64,000 bases of DNA, taken from Squalus acanthias (lineage: Eukaryota). Shown here piece by piece: positions 23,527 to 35,470 of the stretch. A program made the translations under genes and the position numbers. The notes under the pieces are model-generated. The model did no database searches. It saw only the letters and a program-made list of their open reading frames with translations, and was not told where the DNA came from. The stretch lies in the NCBI GenBank assembly GCA_030390025.1, contig CM059438.1, positions 64,730,001 to 64,794,000 of the forward strand. The letters run 5' to 3'. Position 1 is the first letter of the stretch. Each line of letters begins with the position of its first letter.

Positions 23527-26500
23527 ATGATTACATTGGTCTCGATTAATGTGAACGGACTGAGGGGTGAGAAGAAATTGCAGCAGTTGTTGCAGGGTTT
23601 TAAAGGCACAAACTTGTGTCTGCAAGAAACCTTTTGGGATGAGGATATCCTAGAAAGAGTTTGGAAGGGAGAGGTGTTTGCAAGTTGTGCAGACAATAAC
23701 CGTAGAGGGGTGGCTGTTTTGGTGAGTCCGTCCATAAAAGAGAACGTTGCCTTGGTGGACAAGGACACTGAGGGGAGATTTTTACGGCTAAGGGTAAAAA
23801 TGGAGGAATATAATTGCGATCTCTTTAATATCTATGCACCGAACGACCATTGCAAGTGTCGCGAGTTTTTTCGGGGGTTATTCACTGATGTGGCAGAGGT
23901 GGAAAATCCTTGTATAGTGGGGGATTTTAATGTATTTTTATCTCGGATGGACATTTCAGCCCAGATGACCTTTAAGGATGATAACTCCAGAGGGATGATT
24001 GTAAAAATGATGGCAAATTTAAATTTGAGAGACTTATGGAGGGACCGGAACCCCATAAAAAGGGAGTTCTCCAGACCAGGTTGGGTGGGTGATGTTTTAA
24101 AACAGAGCCGAATAGATTTTGTGTTAATGCGGGAAGGGTTAAGTTCTGAGGTGATGGAGATTTATTATAAAAAGTATTTTTTAGTGACCACTCGGCTTTG
24201 GTTCTTAGAACTAGGAACAGCAGAGTTAAGATCGGTTCAGGGTGTGGATTTTAAACAATCAATACCTGAAAGAAATTGCAAATTGCTTATAAAGAAGGGA
24301 TTTTAAATATAATAAAGAATGCTCGGAAGGAACCTTTGTTCTTGAAAGATTGAAAGAAAGAAGAGTTTGGTGGGACAATTTCAAATATGAGGTAAAAGTT
24401 TTTTCGGTACGTTATGAGAGAGCGCAGCTAACCGGCGTTGAGAAGAGAATATAAACAAAAGGTTTATGGATGTCTGTAAAGCAGTTGACGGAGGGGATAA
24501 GGGAGCTGAGACTAAGTTCCGGGTGTTAAAGGAAGAGTGGGAATTATTGCAAGCTGAAAAATGCAAGGGTGCCATTCTCCGTGCAAAGGCTAAAGATGCA
24601 TTGGAGGGCGAAAGATGCACTAGATATTTTCTAGAGCAAGAGAAGCTGCGACAGAGATTATCATTAATTGGAGAGTTGAAGGTTGGGGAGAAGATCATTC
24701 ATGAAAGTGGGGAGATTTTAGAGGCGGCTAGCAGCTTTTATCAAGAGTTATATACAAAAGAAGACATTTCCAATTTGGTGATGGAGAAGGTTAGTGCTTT
24801 TATTGAAGAGGGTTTGAAGGAGGAGGATGAGAGAAGCATGTGTGACAAAGAAGTAGGATTAGTGGAAATAAAAGTAGCAATAAGTGGAATGAATTGGGGG
24901 AAAATCCCAGGGTCCGATGGACTAAGTGCAGAATTTAATAAAGAATTTTTCGATTTTAAGTCCATTGCTCTTAGAAGTTTTTACGGAAATTAAAATTGAG
25001 GGAAGCCTGGCCCCATCTATGAGGAGAGGTGTCATAAGCTTAGCTTATAAAAATAAAGGGGGTAGAAGGGATCTGAAGAATTGGAGGTCCATCACATTAT
25101 TAAATGTGGATTATAAGATCTTGGCGAGGGTTATGGCAAATCGTATGAAGGAGGTGATGCCGCAGATAGTTTTGCCCTCTCAGTCCTATGGAGTCATAGG
25201 CCAGGACATCGCAGACTCTGTGGTCTTAATCCGAGATGCGATAGATCTCATGGAAGAGAGTGGAAGAAAGGCTTATGTATTAAAGATAGATCAAGAGAAA
25301 GCCTTTGATAGGGTCTCTCATGAGTTTTTATTGAAGGTTTTGGAAGCATTTGGTTTCAGGGAAAATTTCATTGAGTGGATAAGGATTTTTTATTCAAACA
25401 TATTTAGCTGTGTTAAATGTAATGGTTTTTTATCCAAGTATTTTCCGATACAGAGGTCAGTGAGACAGGGTTGTCCCCTGTCCCCATTGTTGTACACATT
25501 GGTAGCAGAACCATTAGGTTACATGATGCGAAAGAAACAAGGTGTAGTTGGGATTGTGGTTCCCAGTTCCGGGTTGGTGTTGGTGATACACCAATATGCA
25601 GATGACACAACCTTGACATTGAGAAATGGGGAGTCAGTGAGGAAAGCTATGGATGTAGTGGAGGAGTATTGTAGAGCTTCAGGAGCCAGAGTGAATTATA
25701 GTAAGTCCCAATGCCTGGTTGCAGGAAGGGGTAGGGGGGAATGGTTGGAGGAAAGTCCCTTTAAGGTGGTGGAGGTTTTGGAAGTTCTGGGGTGCATATG
25801 GGGTGCAACAAGGACAGGGATGAAGTGGATTGATTGAATTGGGAACCAAAGGTTATGAAAATGTAAACGATTTTGGGAAGGTGGGAAAGAAGGTGGTTGA
25901 AAGTGCAAGGAAGAACGACAGTGGTGTCCGCTCTCCTGCTATCTAAGCTATGGTACTTATTGACGGTAGAGGATATTCCTGAGTGGGCGGAAAAGTCCAT
26001 CCGAGAGGCTTGTGTGAGGTTTTTATGGGAAGGGAAACCAGCCTTGGTTGCTTACAATACCATCATTGGACGGAGAAATCAGGGAGGACTCAATTTCCCA
26101 GATATTGATTTGAAGAAAATATCCTTTAGAATCAAATGGGTGAAGAGATTTCTTCAGAAGTCAAATGCAACTTTTTGGAAGAGTTGTTTTGAGCATTTTT
26201 AAAAACGAAGTGGGATAGGAGGGCAGGGGATATTGTATATGGAATACAATAATATGTTTTTGAAATTGATTAAACCTCTCCCTAGGTTTTATAAGGGGGT
26301 TGTAGAGACTTGGGCCCAATTTTTAAAAAGTGTGCAGTTTATGCCCAAGGGTGCTGAGGAATTTTTAGAACAGCCCTTATTTTTGAACGGGTGGGTCAAC
26401 ATCGAAGGAGAGGTATTATTTAATCAAGCTTTTATAAAAGCTGGTATTATATGTGTGAAAGATGTATTATACGAGGTAATTCCAGGTTGGTTGCCGGAAG

Positions 26501-27374
26501 CGATAGTGAGGGACATGGTGTGGGAGGAGGATCAGGAGGTAGAGGAAAAAGCAATAGGGATCATGTATGAGAAGATTGTGAGGGCAATGCCACAGGATTG
26601 GATGGAAGAAAGAAATGCGGAAATCTCCAAAGGAAGTAAAATGTGTCCCGCTTTTCCAAGCTTTCTGCTGGAGAAAGGGGGAGAGTTGGTCCAATTTGAC
26701 AACTGTAATACTAGAGATTTCTATAGGGTATTTAGAGAATGGAGATTCAAGACACCTGCTGGTCAGGAGTTTTGGCAGAGTATATATCCATAGCTGGACT
26801 ATAACAGTATTTGGAAGGGAGTGTGGGTGAATTTTAAATGTCCAGAGTGGATTGAACTGGATTTCAAATTGGCTCAGAACCGGATTTTTACCATGATGGT
26901 CTTGTGTAAGATTGGACGAGTGGCGGGAGCAACTTGCCCAGTGTGTGGGACATGGGATGAGACTCTGTCCCATTTACTGGTGTTAAGTCCGCAGTTAAAT
27001 GATTTTAAGTACTATGTTCGACAGTTGTGCGGAGTTTTTTTGCTGGGTGGGGACTGAAGAGCGAGAATGGGAATCCCGTGGGACTCAATTTTGAGATGGG
27101 GATTGCAGGAGAGTCTGCCCGAGTCTAGTGGAGTGGCAATTCATTTAATGTTCAGTTTGGCTAGATATGTGATTGTGCAAAGAAGGAATGCTCTGGTTTT
27201 AAGGGGAGGAGAATCAATCTAAAAGAGTATTTTAAATATAAGCTAAAAGATCATTATAAGGCTCTGTGGATGTTTTATTCAGAAAGGAATTTGAAGATAG
27301 TATGTTACAATCAACTTTTAAAGTACAATCGATTAATATATGTTACGGGAGACAAATTAAACTTCAGGTTTTGA
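23527..27374 (+). pseudogene. Tx1 ORF2 (APE endonuclease + reverse transcriptase + C-terminal zinc finger), multiple stops/frameshifts
   Basis: SINVNGLR, LQET, NIYAPN, VGDFN, SRIDF; PGSDGL, WRSITLLNVDYKILA, IDQEKAFDRV, RQGCPLSPLLY, YADD; CPVCGTWDETLSHL. End coordinate approximate. Confidence 0.92.
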
Positions 27375-28004
27375 TGTTAATATGTGGTGGAGGAATGGCT
27401 GTGCAGAGCGGCGGATTGGATTTGTATGATACAATGAAATGATCACGATGTTGTAAATGTTCTTAATGTTCAATAAAGTATTTAAAAAAAGTTGGTAGCA
27501 CACTCGCCTCTGAGTCAAAAGTTTGTGAGTTTAAGTCCCACTCCAGGGACTTTGAGCACTAAAAGCTAGGTGGAAACTCCAGTGCAATGCTGAGGGAGTG
27601 CCGCACTGTTGGAGGTGCCATCTTTTGGATGAGACATTAAACTGATGGATGTAAAAGACCCCATGGCACTATTTCAATAGAAGAGTAGGGGAGTTATCCC
27701 TGGTGTCCTGGCCAATATGTATCCCTCAGCCAACATAACAAAAGGTGATTATCTGGTCATTATCACATTGCTGTTTGTGGGAGCTTGCTGTGCACAAATT
27801 GGCTGCCACATTTCCCACATTACAACAGTGACTCCACTTCAAAAGTACTTCATTGGCTGTAAAGCACTTTGAGATGTCCGGTGGTTGTGAAAGGCGCTAT
27901 GTAAATGCAAGTCTTTTTTTCATGCTTGTACACTGGCCATTTTTCACACATATGCAAATACGTAGCGAATCTCATTAACGCGTCTTTCTTTTCTTTCTTT
28001 CTGC

Positions 28005-28325
28005 CCCCGCCACCCAATTTTTCTCCCTTCCTTTCCTGTAGGAACTACCTTACGTTGAAGTACGGTTCACTGAGTACCATTCAAGTGGCTGCTCTTCACC
28101 AATGTGCCAAGATGGCGTACGCGGACTGTTGCGTCATGAAGGCCCTCGCAGGCAAAACCGATCATGTAGATTTTATTCTTGTCCCTCTCCCCAGTCCAGT
28201 GAATGGAGGCTGATTGCAGTGTTTCCAACTGTTGCCTCTACTGACATCAGCTGTCTAAGGACAGATTGGGAATTGAACCTGGGAGCTGTTTTGGTCTGTG
28301 GTGCTCAGTATCACACTGCTCATTG
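28005..28325 (-). mobile_element. Old tRNA-derived SINE relic (different family)
   Basis: Minus-strand B-box-like CCCAGGTTCAATTCCC near 28267-28283. Body weakly similar to 63590-63810. Confidence 0.4.
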
Positions 28326-28371
28326 AAAGCTCCCTTGTTTAACAAACAATTTATTTGACGCTTTGACAGAC

Positions 28372-28840
28372 AGAAGGAAAGAAAGACTTGCGTTAATATA
28401 GCGCCTTTCATGAGCTCAGGACATCCCAAAGTGCTTTACAGCCAATGAAGTACTTTTGAAGTGCAGTCACTGTTGTAATGTAGGAAATGCAGCAGCCAAT
28501 TTGCGCACAACAAGGTCCCACAAACAGAAATTTGATAATGGCCAGATAATCTGAGGTTTTTTTAGGTGTTGTTTGAGGGATAAATATTGGCCAGGACATC
28601 GGGGAGAACACCCTTGCTCTTCTTCAAATTAGTGCCATAGGATCTTTTACATCCAACTGAGAGGACATCAAAATGGTTTAACACCTCATCTGAAAGACGA
28701 CACCTCTAAGAGTGCAGTACTCCCACAGCACTGCACTACAGTGTCAGCCTTGATTTTGTGCTCAAGTCTCTGGAGTGGGACTATGAACCCACAACCTTGT
28801 GACTCAGAGGCGAGAGTGTTACCACAGAGCCACGGCTGAC
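28372..28840 (-). mobile_element. Deu-domain SINE (SacSINE1-like), full-length
   Basis: Head GTCAGCCGTGGCTC through to the tail GCAAGTCTTTC on the minus strand. Confidence 0.88.
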
Positions 28841-30203
28841 ACAGAATGGTGTAGAGGTAGATGGCCAGAAGTATCTTAGCAAGAATACTAGAAGAGTTCC
28901 ACATTTGGCTAGTTTAGAACAGGAGAAATTATCGCAGAATAATTACAGCCCATAATTCTGTGTCGGCACAAGTGGCACAGAGAAGTTTGGTTGAAGTAAC
29001 GCGATGTCTTTTTATTCCACTGATGGATGACAGATTTTTCTCATGCTTTCAATTCTATCAACAGCAAAAAAAAATCCAAGATCCATCTAATTCCACTTTG
29101 GTTTATTATTTCTCTCTCCCTCTCAAAAGGGTTCTCCAAGAAGTTGCGGGATTGTCAGCAAGGCAGTGTGCAGATGGCAGGAGAAAGTTGCAAAGCACTT
29201 TAATTGCTTCTTCCTATGCAGAGTAAGTATGCTTGAGATACAGGCAATATTTCAAGCATATCTTATGTTCTTGGACCATATGTTTCCACACCATATAAGA
29301 AGCTGAGGTCTGCTGAGCCTCCATCGCAACAGATTGGGTCCCACATTAAGGCGTTTTGTTTGCCTGTAGAATGCAGATGGAGGACATTTAAAGTGAAGAT
29401 TTAAAGTTTAACACTACAAATTGTGAAGTTGCATTTTCACAAATCTCCTCATATTTGTCTTACAGATTGATCAGGTACTTAGCAGCTGAACTAATGTGAC
29501 TAAAAATCCGTTAGCTTTAAAGGTACCTTTCATTGTCAGTTAGCCTATTTTATCTTTTCAGGCAAGGCAGAGAAAAGAAATTAGCGTCTGTTGTCCCAAT
29601 ACTTTCCTGATGCTGTTGAACTGGAGCTGGCTTGGGCGGCAATCCTGGCTCTTGATCTTCATACATGTTGGATCAATGCAAGCGGTTGTCACTGAGCTGA
29701 GTGGTTGATATTGGCGGAGTGCATTTCAGGGCCTTCCCTTGACTGCAATGTTAGGCTTTCCAAAGGTGACGAGCAGCAGTATAATACAGGATTGCGAAAG
29801 AGGCCCACCTACCCTTTATGATGGGCAGGGTGGGGGAGGCAGGGTTGGGCACACGCACCCATCAGACTCGAGTACCCCACTGGACATCAACCCACTATGC
29901 AGAGTTGGTTGTCTACCATAACTTCAGTAGAAATCCCAGCCAGAGCTGTTTCTCTGGGCTTTTCCCCGAAGTTACGGCGAGCAAATGGGAAAGCGCCATG
30001 TAAATTACTGCTGTATATCTTAGAACTTCTCCTTTCTAAATCATCACAGATGCACTTTGTACCAGATTTCAGTATTCAGAATATAGCCTGAGAAAGCCTT
30101 GTGATGAATTTTCATTGCCTACTAATTTTTACTTTATGAATTTGTGGCTGTGGAATTAAAACAAAGTAATCTGATGATAAAACCTTTTATGAGTTTCTCT
30201 AGC

Positions 30204-31730
30204 GGGCCGGATTTTGTTATAGAAATAATGGTGAGTCTATCAGCGTTCACCGTTATTAAAGGGTAAATCGGACAGAAACTTACGGCGACCGCACGTGTAG
30301 TTAAACGCGGAAATCAGGAAGTTGCTGTCCGAGTTGCCCTGCTCCTCCAGAAGCTTCACTATAATAGTATCTCGCCGAGAGACTCGACATTCAAATACAT
30401 GGAACAGTGTGAAGTTGGGGTACTTACGTGATAGATACACACTAAACGCGCCAGAAAAAGTTAAAGTTTGTCCATTCCAGTGTAAGTAACTTTTTAACGG
30501 CATGATAAGTCTTAATTATTGCCAAACAACCTCGCTGATACTAAAAATTAACTTTTATAAGTGTGGAGTCTCATTCCTTCAGATTTTAATTGTAGTTAGA
30601 GATTTAAAAAAATTAAAAAAAATCTTTTTTTACTTTGTCTTTGTCACTTTTTTTTTCTCTCTCTCTTAATCCAATCTTTCTTACCCTCTCTTTATTTCAC
30701 TTTCTGTACCTGATTTGACATTGAATTAAATATGCTAACAGACACTTCCTGGTTCAGACTATATGCTCCTCATTTACACTTCTTCAATCTGATTGATTAA
30801 GGAGATACACAGTTGCTTGCCCTGTTTATGCAGGTCCCAGATCCCCTGTAGAGGGCGCCACGCCGAAATGGCTCTCGAATGACATTGGCCCAGAAATTGA
30901 TCTCGCTCTGTTCCCGCGGGGGTAAGCCTTCCCCGCGATGTCTCACCTCGCTTATGCTTTTTCAGATCCAGCTCGCACGAACTTGATGTTCCAGACATCA
31001 GCTGTGCTGGGCTTGCGTATCCCAGTGGCGTAGTGAATTCGTGCGAGCTGTGGGATCACGTGACTCAGTTAGAGCCAATGGCAGCACACCATCTTCCATT
31101 CATAAGTCTCACAGCATGGCTGTGAAATCTATGAATCTTACACCCCCCCAAAATAACAGCTAAACCTCAATTAAATTTAAAAAAAACCCATCACATTAAT
31201 AAAATAAGTATAGTTAATTAAATTAACCATTTTAAATAAAAAATTAAATTTTTGAAAAAATTTAAAATCTTTTAAAAAGTTATAAAAATAAACTTACCTG
31301 TCTTTAAAGTCTCTAAAAAAGATATACCTGTAAAAAAAAATTCAAAAAAATACTTAATTCACTACTTACCTTCTTAAAAGCAGGTCTTACTACTCCTTTT
31401 TACATTTCCAAAATCTTCCCTACTTACCTGCGCGTCCAAAGCATGAAGTGCACAGCGTGCGCGCAGCCTGTAGCGCGCACGCGATGCACCCAGGCCCCGC
31501 CCCCTTTTCAGAAGAGCAATTGCCGGTTTTCAGCGCATGCGCAGGGCATGCAGAAATCCGGCAATTGGAGTGGGAATACGCGAGAGTACGCAGTGCGTAC
31601 TCTCGCCTTCCGGGATCAATTTTCGGCCCAACAAGTTCCAGCGCAAAACCTCATAGAAAGTCTGTGGGCAAGTGCATGTGTAATGAACAGCTGCCGCCAT
31701 TCGTCCACCACTGAGAGCAAAATCCGCCCC
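30204..31730. mobile_element. Harbinger-type MITE, family D, containing a nested family B1 copy
   Basis: TIRs GGGCCGGATTTTG / CAAAATCCGCCCC. No clear TSD. Confidence 0.75.
30887..31629 (+). mobile_element. Harbinger-type MITE, family B1
   Basis: TIRs GGCCCAGAAATTGATC / GATCAATTTTCGGCCC. Collinear with 1657-2394. Confidence 0.9.
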
Positions 31731-32261
31731 ATAATGTCAATTGTACATAGTAAATGTTGTTAGGAAGCTATGTACTTGGTTTTATTGACTAACTTATGTG
31801 ATATCTACTATTCTGTTGTTCACAGTATAGAGGTTCATGAAAAACATGTGACCCTTCATCGAAAGGAACCTGATCTTAGTCAGTATTAAATGTGCCTAAA
31901 ACCCTTTAATTGTTGTTTTGTTTTCATAATATCTCAGTATATTATATCCCACATGTCTGTTATATTCGCTGAGCATTTACTGTTCTTTTTATTCTTTCTG
32001 AAATTGCTAAATAGGCTGTTTGTACAAAGATTTTGCACTTTTATCCATGGTTCATCGAAATGCTGCTGGAAGCATTACAAGGTTAATTCCATGAACTTGC
32101 GCTTCCAATGGGGAAACTGCAATCGAAGGGAATGCAGTTTATAGATAGGGCTACAATATTGTAGCATTGATTCTCCCTTCAAGTGCAACTACCCTAGTAT
32201 GAGAGTATGATATCATGGAATTATCCCTTACTTTTCTTGGTAAGCCAGTTATGCACTTCTT

Positions 32262-33660
32262 ACTCTCGCCCGGAACTAGAATATGTCATTCACTTTGCTT
32301 CCAATTTCCACCCATCCCTCACCTTCACATGGTTCATCTCCAACTCTTCCCTTCCCTTCCTTGACTTCTCTATCTCTATTTCTGGGGATAGGCTATCAAC
32401 AAACATTCACTATAAGCCCACTGACTCCCACAGCTACCTGGACTACACTTCCTCCCACCCCGCTCCCTGTAAGGACTCTATTCCATTCTCCCAGTTTCTC
32501 CATCTCCGCCGCATGTGTTCTGACGATGCCACCTTCCATACTAGTGCTTCTGATATGTCTTCCTTTTTCCTCAACCAAGGATTCCCCTCTACCGTGGTTG
32601 ACATGGGCCTCGACCATGTCCGTTCCATTTCCCGCACTTCTGCTCTCACCCCTTTCCCTCCCTCCCAGAACCACGATAGGGTTCCCCTTGTCCTCACCTT
32701 TCACCCCACCAGCCTCCACATTCAATGGATCATCCTCCACCATTTCCGCCACCTCCAGCGTGATCCTACCACCAAACACATCTTCCCCTCCCCTTTCAGC
32801 ATTCCGAATGGACCGCTCCCTCCGTGACACCCTGGTCCACTCCTCTATCACCCCCAGCACCCCTTCCCGTTCCCACGGCACCTTCCCGTGCAAGCGCAGG
32901 AAATGCAACACCTGCCCTTTTACCTCCTCCCTTCCCACTGTCCAGGGCCCCAAACACTCCTTCCAGGTGAAACAGTAATTTACTTGTACTTCTTGCAATT
33001 TAGTGTACTGTATTCGCTGCTCACGATGCGGTCTCCTCTACATTGCGGAGACCAAATGCAGATTAGGTGATCGCTTTCCGGAGCAACTCCGTTCAGTCCG
33101 TAAGGGTGACCCCGAGCTTCCAGTCGCTTGTCACTTTAATTCTCCGTTCCACTCCCACTCTGACCTCTCTGTCCTCGGCCTCTTACACTGTTCCAATGAA
33201 GCTCACGTAAGCTCGAGGAACAGCACCTCATCTTTCGATTAGGCACTTTACAGCCTTCTGTACTCAACATAGAGTTCAACAATTTCAGACTATAACCTCG
33301 GCCCCCATGTTTTCTTTTCTCTCTCACATGGCAGCTGTTGATGATTCTGCCATTGTCATTTACACCTCATCTAGAGTCATCTTTTGTTTCTTAACTTGTC
33401 CCATTATCATCTCCTTTTGCCTTGCACCATCATCCCTTTTGTCTTTCAATCTCTCCTGCCTTCCATCCTATCACAGACCTTCCCTTTTGTTCTTTCCTTC
33501 CCTCCTCCCTCTCCCTGCCCCTGCACTTGCTTAAATATTTGTTACTTCTCCAACTTTTTCCATTTCTGACGAAGGATCATCGACCTGAAACGTTGACTCT
33601 GTTTCTCTCTCCACAAGCAGCTGCCTGACCTGCTGAGTGTTTCCAGCATTTTCTGTTGTT
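32262..33660 (+). mobile_element. Penelope-like retroelement, 5'-truncated (RT thumb + GIY-YIG endonuclease, decayed)
   Basis: LPFLD, HYKPTDSHSYLDYTSSHP, SIPFSQF, RVPLVLTFHP; CKRRKCNTCP; VYCIRCSRCGLLYIAETKCRLGDRF (GIY-YIG-like). Pyrimidine-rich 3' region ending in the hammerhead-bearing terminus. Confidence 0.9.
33561..33600 (+). ncRNA. Putative minimal hammerhead ribozyme motif of the Penelope terminus
   Basis: CTGACGA (33566-33572), stem II AGG-ATCATCGA-CCT, GAAA (33587-33590), palindromic ACGT stem III and GTT site. Stem I is weak in this copy. Confidence 0.6.
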
Positions 33661-34641
33661 ATATGCTCTTCTTACTGTTTATCTACCATAGCCCCCATTC
33701 CCAGCACCTTCCGAATGCAGACAATTCAAATCACTAGAAATAATATAATTAAGATATAATACACAAGATATAATTGTGGTGATGAATTGCGACCTACACG
33801 AACAGCTATCTGAGCAGAGTTTCTTTTATATTTACGAAGGAACAGTGGAAATGTGCAATTTTGACCATTATATTTACATTGCTGTGAGTTCAATTCACTT
33901 GGGATTTGTGTACCTTCAGTGTGTTTTGTTCATTAAATCTGTGAATAAACTGCACTTAAAAATATCACATCTGATCTCTCAACAAACTCAATCTGCTCCA
34001 TCATTCACGAGGTAGGTGACTTTGTGAAATAGTTACTCCTCCAGTTAGATCTGGCTCGAGGGTTCCCTGCTTCTGGTCATGTCCCATAGTTGTCTTTCGC
34101 TGGTTCTGAACATGAACTTTTATCTATCAATCACACTGATTTTCCTCATTGATCTGCTTAGTCTAACATCTCTTCCCAGCCCTCCTGCATGAAAAAAAGT
34201 CTTGTACTCTCAGGGCTCTTCATGAGTCATTTTTTCCAAACCACCTTAACTTAATTGGCCGAGGTTATTCTCTTGGCAGGTAGTTGTGTTTTGGGTGGAC
34301 AACTGGTGCAAAATTGATTGGTTTACATGATGTTTTGCAACTGCAGATGTAAGTTTGTTCAACCTTGTCAGGAATGACAACTGATGGAAAATAAGAAGTC
34401 GATAAACATTGGCAAAGATTTGTCAAGATTAACATTGGAATCTCTCCATTAGAAAGTGTTCACTGCAGAAAATATCCCAACAGCGTTAGTCTTTAGACTC
34501 TGCATGAAAAGCCTCCAGGAACCATCACAAGAATATGAGCCACACATTGTGGACCAGAGATCCGAGAAAAAATATGGATGCAAGCCACTTGGAGGCAAGT
34601 GACCGAGTCAGATGGCTCACTGATCAGTTTGTCACTTTTAG

Positions 34642-34955
34642 GTGTCAGCCTTGGCTCAGTGGTAGCACGCTCACCTCTGAGTCAAAAGGTCGTTTGATTC
34701 AAGCTGCACTCCAGAGACTTGAGCTCATAATCCAGGCTGATGCCTCAGTGCAGTATTGAGGGACTGTTGGAGGTGCAGATTTTCTGGTCATTTATCTCAT
34801 TGCAGTTAGTAGGACTTTGCTGCGTGCAAATTAGCTGCTGTGTCTCCCTACAGTACAGCAGTCACAACACTTCAAAAGTACTTAATTGTTTGTGGAGAAC
34901 TTTGGAATGTCCTGAGGTCATGAAAGGTTCTGTATAAATGCAAGCTCTTCACTCT
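34642..34955 (+). mobile_element. Deu-domain SINE with internal deletion
   Basis: Head GTCAGCCTTGGCTCAGTGGTAGCA and tail ATAAATGCAAG are present. The central part is missing. Confidence 0.8.
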
Positions 34956-35134
34956 TTAAGGAAGTTACACAGAACATAAGAAAAATCAAGGACAAGAAAA
35001 TATCATTCTACCCTTTGATGGCCATCCCTCCCACACTCTAATCTTTCAATGAATAGCTTCCAGGCTCGTTTTGAACATCTTGAATGTTTTTGCATCACCT
35101 CCCTGAAGTATCACTCCAGGACATGAACAAGAAT

Positions 35135-35470
35135 GTAGACTGATACTTCAATAAGTACCGAGGGAGTACTGAGAACCTTTCTACTGAATGAGATATTAAA
35201 CGGAGGCCCCATCTACCTATTCTGCCTGGTAGTGATCAAAGAACAGCAAGAGTTCTTCCAGTATCATGACCAATATTCCTCCCTCAACCAATACCACCAA
35301 ACATATATGAACTGATCATTAATCTCATTTCCTGTTTGTGGGACCTTGCTTTGTGCAATGTGACTGTTGTGTTTACCGATAGAGCAGTGACTGTGCTTCA
35401 AAAGTAAGTGAAGCACTTGGGGATTTCCCGAAGACTATGACAAATATAAGTTCAAGTTCTCGTTCTCTTT
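35135..35470 (+). mobile_element. Old, diverged Deu-domain SINE
   Basis: GAATGAGATATTAAACGGAGGCCCC...CCAATATTCCTCCCTCAACC...CTGTTTGTGGGACCTTGC. Confidence 0.65.

Larger units (their letters stand above)
20569..27490 (+). mobile_element. Full-length Tx1-clade (L1 group) non-LTR retrotransposon, decayed
   Basis: 16-bp TSD GTTGGTAGCAC(T/A)CTCG at 20553-20568 and 27491-27506. CCHC ORF1 and APE-RT ORF2. AATAAA plus oligo(A) at 27472-27490. Confidence 0.92.
20537..27920 (+). mobile_element. Deu-domain SINE split by a Tx1 insertion (head 20537-20568; remainder 27491-27920)
   Basis: TGTCAGCTGTGGCCCAGTTGGTAGCACTCTCG joins CCTCTGAGTC... to rebuild a complete SINE. Confidence 0.88.
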
